From NCBI GenBank assembly GCA_000708835.1, contig DF237091.1, positions 111,095 through 175,094 of the forward strand: a stretch of 64,000 nt of DNA, given 5' to 3'. Positions 36,565 through 47,925 of this stretch are shown in pieces. Each line of letters begins with the position of its first letter. Position 1 is the first letter of the stretch. The translations under genes were made by a program, and so were the position numbers. Origin of the DNA: Klebsormidium nitens (lineage: Eukaryota > Plantae > Klebsormidiophyceae). A model generated the notes under the pieces. That model did no database searches and was not told the DNA's origin. It worked only from the letters and a program-made list of their open reading frames with translations.

Positions 36565-38575
36565 CTAATCTCGCTCACGGTAAAGCCGCATCGTCGTTTG
36601 CACAATTCTGACGTACTCGTAGAAGAGTTTGGACTGAACTCCTTCCAGGCCGTCCCGGCACACCCGGTTGCTTCCCGTCAGGTTGTTGCAGGGGCTTCCG
36701 CCGACGATGAGATCGATGCCCCCCTCTTCATCGACCATTTGCCTCAGCTTTTCGTCTGTTATGGTCGTCACGTCACCCAGGCGTTGGAGTGCGTCAGGCG
36801 GCTTCTCGTTGGATCTCCACCTTAGGGAAACGGCCTGTACAAGAGATGCTCGTGGATCTCAGAAAGCTTATTCAATTGTGTTCTACGATGTGTGTCAAAG
36901 TTGTCCACCTATGTTTCATTGGTGGAGCCCGGGAGAACATTTGAGCGCTCCTTTTTGGTCCCACATGATGAACGGCCGGTGGTAGAAACTCCAAGCCAGA
37001 TAAGAATGAATCACTCAGAGATGTTGAAAGATTGCCTGTACGACCGCTGTTTGGCATCGACTGGGCATTGCTAAGCGTAGTTCGAGCACAAACGAATGTC
37101 AGAGCTACAATTTTGGGTCAACGTCCTGACACGCCGCTCACAGACACCGGCGATCAAAAAACGAATCCCTTACATATTGCCGCTATCTTTCTTCGTCCAT
37201 ACATTTTCAAAGAAGGAAGGGGAAGCCGTTTCATTAGCGGCTTGCCTCTGAAGGAGTCGTTTACATAGTTCCAGGTTGAACCCAGTCACTTTCAGCTGAA
37301 AGGAATCGAGCTTACCTCTTGAGCGTCCGCATTGATCTCGGACGTCCAGTACCGCCGCACCTTGATCCCCAGTCTGTCCAGGGCCACCGCCGCCGCCCCA
37401 ATGCCGTCGAAAAGCGAGAGAACGCTGAGCCCGTCCGGATGCGCCTCTCGCTCCCGCCCCCGTAGCGGCGACAGCAGATGCATCACCGTATCCACTTGAA
37501 ACGACTCCCCGAGCGCTTTCACCCTCTCGACGCTCGAGCCAAAGCACGCGGTGTGGTCTTCCGGGAAGCCCATGACCGTCTCGATCTCGCGCGCCTCCAG
37601 CCGCCGCAGCCGGCCGCCCGCCACCCACGCCAGGTTGTGGTACGCAATCATTTCTAGAGACTTGGCGGGCGGGGCCGCCTCCCCCAGCGTTGCCAGCTCG
37701 TTGTTCAGAAACGCCAGCCGGCGGGGCCAGATCGTCTGCGTGTTGATGCAGCGCAGCTTCTTGCGCTTGTCCCAGGGGGGAGTGCCTCGGAGGTGGCTGG
37801 GGGGCAGCACCGACTGCATGGTGATGAGCTCTTTCCTCGGGTCGGGCACCGGTGTGCGCGGGTGGGGGGGCAGGTTGTGCACATACTTGCGCGCGCGCTG
37901 ACATGCCGAGAAGAGGTCGGAGTTGAGCGCCTCAGCGGGCAGCTCGAGCTCTTTCTCGATGATTCTCCAGGTGCCACGTGGCGCGTTGACTACGTTCTCG
38001 AAGAGGAACATGGGCTTGGCGAGCTGGCCGTCCGTCCAGAGCGCGTCAGCCTCGTGCTGACGTGGCGCCGCCCCATTGGGTCCGCATGTACTGGGGCCCG
38101 GGTTTGCTTCGGCTCCGTGCTGACGTGGCGCTCTCTGATTGGTTTGGCGGGTGCTTGGGCCAGGGTCCGCAACAGGGGCTGCTTCCAAGTCGGAATCATC
38201 ATCGCTCTCAATCATTGGCTGTGAGCCGAATTGCGCAAATTGCTCTGCAATCAGCCGATCCGCCTCTTCCTGCGGGTTGCGGCTGTCAAATTCATCCTGT
38301 AGACTGTGTGCTATGGCTAAATCCAGCTGATCGTCTTCTGGAGCCGCTTCGCTGCTCAAAAGATCCGGCCCACGGAGGCGACGTGCCTCAGCTTCTTCTG
38401 CCTGGTTGATTTCATCGAGCACCGCATCAAGGTCCCGGACTGAATCTATCTGCTCACGCAGCTCCACTCGCATCCTTGCATCCTCCCGGCAGACGGTCAC
38501 ATGTGCTTCGTACTCGGCTGGCAGTCGGAGGTCCGGATAAGCGCAGACCTCGCATGCGCGGACGTCACGTGCCAT
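36565..38575 (-). CDS. DRM: DRM-type (circularly permuted) DNA cytosine-5 methyltransferase, 509 aa, with N-terminal ubiquitin-binding-like motifs
   Basis: Exons 38575-37316 and 36834-36565 (phase 0). Motif order is VI (FLFENV), VIII (RARKYVHNLP), IX (RRLEAREIETVMGFPEDHT), X (KALGESFQVDTV), I (VLSLFDGIG), II (SEIN), III (GDVTTI), IV (VGGSPCNNL), which is the DRM permutation. Confidence 0.92.
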
Positions 38576-41379
38576 GGCGGAATGACGCACGTGTGGATAG
38601 GCGCCCTCCCAACTTGAACTCGAATCTTCTAGGTACTGTGCTTGTCAGCTTGGCAGTCTGCTAGACAATCTGCGCATTAGTGCTTAAAGACACTAGTGCC
38701 TCAAATGAGATCCTAAGACTCTTGCTTTGAAATATGATTAATTTGGGTTTAATGATCTAGTAGCCATCCAAATGGCGGAAGGCCAGGCAAGGAAAATGTT
38801 CAAATGAGAGTCTGTAAGACCATGAGCTGCCGTCTGCTGCCAAAGCCCCACCTGAGACTCATCACTCCCTTATCGTTCCCACTGTTCTCATTGTCGAGTC
38901 CTAGCACGCACAAGACATATATAGGTAGCTGCTGGGAGGCTCCAAGGGAGGGGCGGTCCGAGTCACTACCCCCAAAGGTTGGAATAGAGGCGCGTCTGCA
39001 CGCTCAGAAACGAGACCCTATGCTAAAACCTCTCCTGATCCATTTATGGTACCCTTTGGCATAACCCGGCCGCTGAATGCCTCGTTTTGAACCCCTTTTC
39101 TAAAACCAAACCGTTTCATCTGTCTCGTTTCCTCTCGCTTTTCGACTATCTGGAAGCCAATTTGACCAATTTGTACGACAACGAGACGAAAAGCACTCCG
39201 TTTCTTGCTTCTGACTCAAAATCAGAGTCAGAAACCAACCACGTATGCCACTTCTGGCCCTACCACCAGCCCGGGCTTTTGCAATAGCCTATCACATAAC
39301 CAGGCAAGCATTTAATGGGACCCTTCACCTATAACCGGCGTCATGGCTGGAGGCAGTTCTCATAGCCCTTCGATAGACGCGGCTCTCTTCCATGACATGC
39401 CAATTTCAGGGGGTAGTGACCGCCCCTCCGCTCCAAGCCCCTCGAAGCAGCGGCCGGGCACCTCTGACTGTACGGGGTGTAACACTTGCAGGCTGCTCTG
39501 GCCGCCTGTCGTTACTGTCGCAGAGGCCTGGCTGCAGCGCTGCGAGAGCGCTGCAATGCATGATGATAGGTAGGTATACTGTCTTGTTTTCTCGACTCGA
39601 TCTGCGAGACCTGCTGCATGAGGCTGTGGACGTCCCTGGGGCCAAGACTGCGAATCCGTCGACGTTTCAATAAGTTATAAGCCGTCGATCAGTAACTTAA
39701 TCTGATTCAACTGAGCAGGGGGGAATCTAATCGGACGGTCACCGGGCCAATCGGACGGCTGGCTCTGCCGCCGTCCAGGATCGGATTGATGCGCCAAACG
39801 GGGCGCAGAGCGCCCCGGGGCAAATCCTGGCGCCCCCGGGCGGAAGCCCGGGGCGCCAGAGCGCCCTGGGCCGCAGGCCCCGCCTACTTTTGAGAAGTAC
39901 TAGGATCCAGGCCGCCTCAACCGGGAACTCTTGAATTTGATTTCCAAGTACAGATTATAAGAGCAATTGCACATATGAGGACACAACGGAAGCCCATATG
40001 GTTCCAGGAGGTGGAGATAAGCACTTGCAGTGAATTGAAAATGCTACGAATTTCAAGTCGAGCTCTCTACACTTAGCCAAGTTTCATGATAAATCTGCAA
40101 GGATATGCTTCGATAAAGGCAATTGTTCCTATAGTAGGACCTGCTTTGGATACGAGGGCACGGATTCTTTTTGACTTTTTGCCGACTGCTTGTTATACGG
40201 TCCGTATACCGTAGTCTGTAGACAGACGTCTTGAGGCACAGGAGGCAGCCCAGGACCGGTATGCACGAATTCGGCTCGGTTAAACACAGCTTCCGCCAGA
40301 ATGCCTACTGTACCGGGCGCTGGCGCCCGGGCTTGGGCGCCCCAGGCAAGCTGGTCAGCGCCCCGGGGCGAAGCCCAGGGGCGCCACGGCACCTCCGGGC
40401 AAAATCCTGCTAGAACCCCTGGTAGAGCAACCGTCGGCGTTGAACTGCAATCCGGCGAAGAGTAACTTCATGTCTGGCCCAGTCGAAGTAATCTGACAGT
40501 CGGTGAGTCGGCTGTTGCAACCTCTGCAAGTTGCATCATGCAGCGAAGTGTGCGGCAGCCAGCTGGCCCTACCTAATCACAGAATACAATACTGTAGGCA
40601 ACCCTACCACCAGACTGCTGGACTGCCATGCTAAGGTAGGTACTACGGTACCTACACCGACAGTTGCTGCTCAGTCATGATTGATGCGCACTTTGCACTG
40701 AACGAATCCTTTGGTAGGGCTGCTGTAAGCTCACATTGCGCATTAACAGCACGCTCATGCACTTGCCGGTAAAGCCAATATTGTTTCAGCTCTCAGCTCA
40801 TGATCTTCTTGCAAGCTAAGGATTCCTTGAAGAGAAGGGGCGCGATACTGGACACGTGACGATCAGTAAGCTGTGCACAATGCGTAATAAAGGTGCACAC
40901 TGCACAGCACGTGGACGTCATGAACGCTGCACTGGCAGCCTGATAATTGGACGCCTAAGCCACGACTAGGTAGCTAGCTAGCTCAATCTGGCCAATACCT
41001 ATAAGTACAAGTGCTTCAGGTTTCAGGATTCCTAAGATTTAACAGTGAGCATGCAGGATAGGATAGGTACATCTGAACAAAGACAGTTTCTAACTGCTGT
41101 AGCGTCAGAGCACAGCTGCTGCTTGTAACTGAAGTCGGCTGATGTATAACTCACAGCTGGTGGCGGTTCATATACTTCAACTTCAGCAGCTGGGCGTCGA
41201 CTACCTACCGTATCCCAACATACGGTGTACCTAGGCGGATGAGTCCTAGCACAAGTCCTGCACACCCTTGCGATTGCAGGCCGTCCTCGGCCCACAGGTG
41301 ATCATCCCACTCAACCCACCATGACAGTCTCAGTCGCCTAGCTTCAAGTAAGAAGAAACAAGATCCTTTCGACCTGCAG

Positions 41380-44300
41380 GCCTACTTTGAGTACCGTCCT
41401 TTGATGAAAGCGAAGCAGCAAATTGAAGAAGGCAGGTTGGCAGACATTCCTGCTGGCAGATATATACCCAAGTCTTTCCTGCCGTCGTTCAATGCTTCTT
41501 GCACCTCTCCCGCCAGGATGAATCCCATTGCTGCCAAAACGAGTCCTCATCTGGCCGACTCTTTTGGCTTCTGGACAAATAAGGGAGGTGTAGGGAAGAC
41601 AACGCTTTGCTATCATGCGCTTATCAAATATGCGCAACAGCACCCTTCAAAGAAAGTCCTGGTAATAGATGCCGATCCACAGGCGAACCTATCGATGCTG
41701 CTGCTCAACTCTGTCAGAGCTAAAGTGAGAGAGGATGGCACGGAGAGTCCAACGGAGTGGATTAGAAATGATGGGAGTCAGACTATTGTGAGCCTTCAGA
41801 GGGAGGCGGTTGATGACGACGGTCAATGTCCACGCACGATTGTGGGCTACATTATGAGTTACGGGGGCATCCAGCCAGTCCTGCCGCTTCCCAGCTTTGA
41901 CAGATTCCTGGTCCATGTGCACACCTACAACCCACAGCTTCCCGAGAATATCCATCTCCTGTGCGGGGACTCGAATCTTGAGATCCTTTCCGCTCTCATG
42001 GTGGTGAACGCCAAGAACACGGTTTCCAATTGGATTATGCTCCACCGCATCCTGGAGAAATTCATCACGAGTTTTGCCGACCAGCAGGGTTTGCAAGGGT
42101 CCCAAACGACGGCGTTCATTGACACCAATCCCGCCTTTACAATCTACACCGAGGCAGCTCTTGTGGCCACCAAGAAGCTCATCATCCCAGTCAACTCCGA
42201 CGACTTTTCAGTGGAAGCAGTCAGGAAAATGTTCTCCACACACTGTACGCCACTGCGCCCATTGCAGGGCCCTTCTCTAACGTTGCGCAAGACGTTGGTG
42301 TCTTTGCTGCAAAGGCCACAGCAAACCAGGTGAATCTGCCGAAAGTTCACCTCCTCGTGCAAAACAACACCAAGATACGGGAGACCAGGGCCGTCCAAGC
42401 AACAGCAGTCATGGGCTTGAGGCTGGTAGAGGCGTTGCAGGAAGGGTATAGAGGGCATTCTCAGCACTTCACGGAGGCAGTGCCTGTGGCTGCAGACAAC
42501 GACGGACTCTTCAAGCAGGCATACCTGCTGGAGTTTAAGGACCTCCATGGTGCAGGGATCACAACCGCGCACTTTGGTGCTCCGCTGAGCTTCGTGCTGC
42601 AGGCAGACACGATGGACGATCCAGTAAAGGCTCGCTTGAGAAGAGCAATCGGTGAGTACTTTGGAAAGCACTACAAAGGGGGCTCCGCAATGCAGCCCGC
42701 TGGAGAAGCGGTTGAGGCCCTCGTGCAAGCAATGACGAGGCGGCCAAGCCAAAGGATGGGCCTAGTCAACGGCGCGGGTCGGGCGGGTAAGCATGGCAAA
42801 GGGGGCGGGGGAGGGGGAGGGGGCGGCGGGGGCGGCGGCGGGAGCGGAGGTAAGGGCAGCGGCGGCGGCGGCGGCGGCAAAGGCGGCAAAGGCGGCAAAG
42901 ACGGGGTCGGGGGCGGGACCGACAGTGAGCAATGAAATTTCCGGATATTTTTTCCACGTTTCAGAGCAATCATACGCAGACTCTGTTGTCAGTCAACACA
43001 GCCAAAAGAATCGCAGCAAATGCTCCCATATACGGTATCCTGGACAGTATATTGTAGATGACTTTTTGTTGAGGCGGATCAAAGGCAAAGGCTTCCCGTG
43101 ACGCTGATTTCTGGAAAGACTCGTCTGTTTGGAGCATTTTTCGATGCAAGCCCGAGCTTAATGACAAAGCGTCTCTGAAGCCCTGCACCCAAACGTCCGC
43201 TTTGCGAGCCAAGAGTAACCTTCTTCACCTCAAACTCTGTAAGTGCTCAAAGTGGTGTTCATGTCACAAGCAAGGCAGACTTCTCAGATACGAGTGAGTC
43301 GCACATGTACAACAGATCAGGATACGGAAAGAGAAAAGAGATTAACAAAAAGACGTTTCTCCGTCTATGCGTCTGCGAACAGGGAAAATGGTCTTCCCTT
43401 CATGACAAACGCGCTTCATTGCAGACGATTCCGACGATGACAGGCCGTTGCGACCTCTTTCGTCCCCTTCCCCCAAGCCGAAAAAGCCGAGCACGAGTGA
43501 AAAGAAGGGGGATGGCAAGAAGGCGCAGAAGAACGGTGAAGACCATGGTGAGTTGTACTCTCATAATTGCGAAAAGCAGAGTTAGCTCGAAAGGAAGTGC
43601 CATGCATTGTATTTGCATAAGACCAACTCTTAGCAGCAGCGCTGACATTCTTGTGACATCACTTGGTTGTGCAAGCGGTCTAGTGCTTCGACGGGGGTGC
43701 GGCCAGAACGGGAGGCTTGCGCTCCGTTTAGAACTCACAAATATCCTCATATGTACTCGGACAATTTCTGCATCGCGGACTTCCTTGAAAAGAGCACAGA
43801 TCTGCAGAATTCACCTTCATTAAGGAGCGCCTTGATCAATAACCTTGCGAAGCAGTACGATCCCCTCTCAAAGTCGTCAGGCCGTTACCTCTGTTCTTGC
43901 GCGTTCCGTGCAGTTCGGTCAGCCGTTGCCATGCTGGGCAACAAACTGCTGCTGAAGAAGCTGAAGAAGCTGGGCGTCGACACCAATGGCATCAACGAGC
44001 GCCAGAACCTCGATAATCTGCTGATGAAAGCACTGCCGTCGAAAGAAGGTAACGGCAGGGGGGGTGAGGATGCCGGGGGGCCCGAAGGCGGGGCTGGCGC
44101 CGGAATCAAGGCCGGTGAGCAATCAAAGTCCCGAATCCAGAAGGGTGGGATTGCTTAAAGCATTGACCTAATGGAATCAACACTCAGCGGAATTGGATCT
44201 ATTGCATGCTCCTCTTCGTTCTGTGCCGAATCTGATGAAAGGGCCTTTTTTTCTGGCGGCTTAAAGGCAAATGCTTCAAGCAAGTTGCTGTGACACCAAC

Positions 44301-46568
44301 TCTTCGACGAGAAGGTGTGTCTGTGCCAGTCTGGAGCAGCTTTGATCAGCAAGCGCAATCCCAAAGGACGAAGCCTCTCTGAAGCCCTGCGTCACTCCTC
44401 CATCGTGCTCGCCGGACCAACAATAGCCTTCTTCACCTTAGAGTAGTATGCTGGTGCTGATCATAGTGGAATTTTATGGATCATAAGCAAGGCAAACTAT
44501 CCCAGGTTCGAATAATGCAAAGTGACTCATACGGGATCTAAAAAGAGAGCAATCAGGAGTAAATTAATGTCTCGTCTATGCGTCTGAGAACTGGAAAAAA
44601 AATCCTTTCCGTAAATAGCAAATGCTCTTTGTTGCAGATGAGCCCGATGATGACAGGCCGTTGCCGCCTTCCTCGGCCGCTACCCCCAAGCCGAAAAAGC
44701 CGAAAACGAGTGAGAAGAAGGGGGTCACGAAGGCGCGAGAGAACGGTGTAGAACATCGTGAGTTGTACTCTTATAATTGCGAAAAGCAGAATCTGCTCGA
44801 AGGGAAGTGCCATGCATTGTATTTGCATAAGTACAATCTAAACGCAGCGCGGACCCCCTTGTGACGTCACTTGGGTGTGCAACGGCCCCGCAACGGGTAC
44901 AGAGCAGCCTCGTCTCTGGTGCAGCCATTGCGCTCAATTTCAAATACACAAATATCCTTATCCTTATACGTACTCGGACTTCTTTCATCGCGGACTTCCT
45001 TGAAAAGAGCACAAATCTGCAGAATTGACTTCATCGAAGAACGGTCTTAATCAATAAACTTGCAAAGCGATACAGTCCTTAAAGTGGTCAGGCCCTCTTA
45101 ATTACCTCTATCCTTGCGCGTTCCGTGCAGTTCGGTCAGCCGTTGCCATCCTGAGCACCAAACTGCTGCTGCAGAAGCTGGAGGAGCTGGGCATCAACAC
45201 CTTTGGCATCAAAGAGCGCCAGGACCTCAATAATCTGCTGGTGGAAGCACTGCAGTCGAAAAGAGGTAAGCAAGCGCCTTATTACTCTGCCAGGACTCAC
45301 CATGCGAGTCCCTTCGGCCCCTGGTCCTGCTTCATATTCTCAGTGGGAATTCTGATCTAGTGCTGTCAGAACTGCGTCTTGGAACTGTCACAAGTGCTGT
45401 AGTGCTTGATCCTGCAGAACCGTCTTCGGGTTTCTGATTCCAAGTCTTTGTTTTGTTGCTCCACGAATGCGGTTTTCGATCCGTTTTAAAACGCTCGATT
45501 ACAGGATCTGGGTGTCATCTTGCTGTAGCCTCTTGAGCCAAGTGTTAAGGGCCTTCAGATAAGTGCATCAACATGATCCTTCTCTTGATGGTCCCTTCGT
45601 CATTTCTTCCCCCAAGAAGGATTCACCATGGCGACGTAGGTTGAGGCCAGTCTCCGGAAGTACAGGAAAAACCTGCTGTCTCAACCAGCGGCCACGGAAG
45701 TTTTCCGAAATGCAACCGGAGCCTGGCTTTCTCTGCCTGAGCACACTTATCTAAATTTAGATTCCAATTGTCTCAAAATCTCCACAGCGGAGAAGTCGGC
45801 CACAAAGCAAGGGAAGGGAGAGAAAACCCCGAAGCCGAAGAAGCGGAAAACCTCAGAGTCAGATGGCAAAGGAGAAGGTAAGCAGCAAGATCCTATCCAC
45901 TCTGCACTTCATGCTATGCTCTGTTCAGGAGGAACATGGACGCAGGTGCAAAGACCGTGTGTAGAATATAAAGCGAGCTGCAATGTGTTGGTGCACGGCT
46001 CGTTTGTTAGCGACATCGACGGGCGACGTATCGATTTTTCGCCGCATCGAACTGCTTTTGGAACACGTTCTGCCAACTTTCTGTTCTGGGAAGAAGCCCA
46101 AAGTACTGCTTGCGAAACTGTCGACTATTGGTTCGTTCGCACTGCTAGTCTAAAACTTCTTCCAAGGCCTCCAATGTCCACCAATCTGCTTCGAGCGAGC
46201 CAAAAGTTCAAAGTGCATGCCTGCATTAGCCTGTGTATTGCCTTCAACTGGACCCTTGTAGGATCTTCAGAGTGGGCTTTCGGTCTCCTAGGTGGTGGGG
46301 TCTTCAATTAGATGCGGAGGTTTGGTTGATGCTTCATGAGATTGAAAGTTACAAGCACCAGCGGAGATACCTCATGTACTGCTATCCATGAATAAATGCC
46401 ACGGACTATTATTCTACACATCAGTACTATTCGAACCTTTTGGTAAAAGGTGCCGAAATCTTCGACGCTTTTTTAATTCTCGGCTAAAGAACAATTGGCG
46501 AAGCCCTTCCCAAATCGAAATCACCCGCACACTCTGCAGGTCCCAAGAAGAGAGCTAAGAAGGAGTAG
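41380..46568 (+). CDS. ParA/Soj-family (SIMIBI) ATPase fused to a Gly-rich linker, two basic + SAP/HeH-like modules and a Lys-rich tail; one 2-nt frameshift in this assembly
   Basis: Deviant Walker A FWTNKGGVGKTT, A' LVIDADPQANLS, B FIDTNP. Exons ~41380/41404-42924 (frameshift at 42237-42243), 43425-43547, 43914-44048 (or -44114), 44638-44757, 45131-45265, 45788-45877, 46540-46568. All six downstream introns are phase 1 with canonical sites and internal exon lengths are multiples of 3. Ends GEGPKKRAKKE*. Confidence 0.8.
43050..45300 (+). repeat. ~1.2-kb internal tandem duplication (two exons plus their introns) in the ParA-fusion gene
   Basis: Paired sequences at offsets of ~1185-1220 nt: 43425/44638 (ttgcag|a.ga..ccga.gatgacaggccgttgc), 43914/45131 (ttgcgcgttccgtgcag|ttcggtcagccgttgccat), and intron blocks such as tactcggac..ttc..catcgcggacttccttgaaaagagcaca.atctgcagaatt. 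Confidence 0.9.
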
Positions 46569-47804
46569 ACAACAGCCTGGAGTCCAGGGCCGCTTCTCAG
46601 ATCAATCGTTCTGTCTACAGCCCTACGCTCGGAACAGTAAATCCACTGAATTCGCCTACATTGTGGTTAGGAGCTACATCGAAAGCTATGATCAGACCAT
46701 GGAGAGGTATAAGGCCCACGTTTTTCCCAAAATAAACTCGCTCTGTAGATTTATCGAAGACTGAAGGCTGTAGCGCGATCGCTGTCGGCTGCTCCAATCT
46801 GATGTTTTGCACGAATCTTCACCAGATCGACGTATGCAGCTCTTCAAATGTCTGACCCTTCATACACCTCACCTGAGCTTTCAAAAACCTTGCGACCTGC
46901 TCCCGCTCAAGTCGAATGCATTGGATGAGCGCAGAAGCCGCATGAACTTGCAGATAGCTGCAAATGCGATTGAAATTCAGAACGCGACACTCTCACGTCG
47001 CGCTGATGCGCCGCGCGCGTGCACGTGATATTGTCTGCTAAGTGCCAGCTAGGAGCCCGGGCCGGCGGACGACTACCCGGCGTCACATGCAAGAGCTAGT
47101 CTGTTTCTTTGCCCATGCTTTCATAGAGCTTCAAAGCAAGCATCTGAGGTCCTGCATGGGGCTATCGAAGTACGTGCGCAACCTTATATACCTGTGTACA
47201 CGAGTAATTCTCAATGGACATACTAAAGGGGACATTGGCGTTCGAAACTGGTCACCGCACTCGGCGGCGATCTGCTTTCTGCAACATGGACCATAGGCTC
47301 ACGTCGGCGGCCCGGGTTAATGTTGCTTCGCGGCGTTGAATGACACGCGGCGCAACTCGCAATTAAGCTGTCAATTTCCGTCAGGTTCTCTTAAAGACGA
47401 CCATCGCGGCCACACTCCACAAAGCATGTTAAGATAGTTGTGACAAGCTCTAGGCTTGAGGTAATTCGGGCCGGTATAAACACCCTCCATACAAACTGAT
47501 TGTGGAATTCCAAAAGGAATTCTGTCCAGAGTACGAGTCAGGACTCGATCATAGCTCGATCAGCGACTAAAATTATGCACAGCAAGACAGCGCAAATCTG
47601 GACTGTCATGTTTTGGCCCATTACGGTCAGGTCAGGGACTGATCAATCAACAGAACAACTCGTTATCTTGAGTTGGCCGATACTGAATTGGCCGTCAAGT
47701 TGTAAAGTACAAGACAAGCTCCTATTGAGCTAAGTTCTCAAGTGCCAATTAACCATGGACCTGGCAATACACACCAAGCGCTGTACACGTTCTAAGCCGC
47801 AACA

Positions 47805-47838
47805 GCAGGCATGGTTGGGCATGCCCAACCATGCCTGC
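47805..47838. repeat. 34-bp perfect palindrome
   Basis: GCAGGCATGGTTGGGCATGCCCAACCATGCCTGC equals its own reverse complement; checked base by base. Confidence 0.95.
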
Positions 47839-47925
47839 CTATAGGGAACCAAAAGCTAAGCACAATGACGTGGTCAACCTTACGTCGCTCCAAGATGAAG
47901 TCAACGAACCTCGGTCTGCAACGTC

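Noticed and set aside
41401-42935. ParA region as plastid MinD or as bacterial contamination
   Set aside because: The DPQAN/IDTNP motifs are ParA-type rather than MinD-type, and the ORF is joined to canonical spliceosomal introns and flanked by eukaryotic genes.
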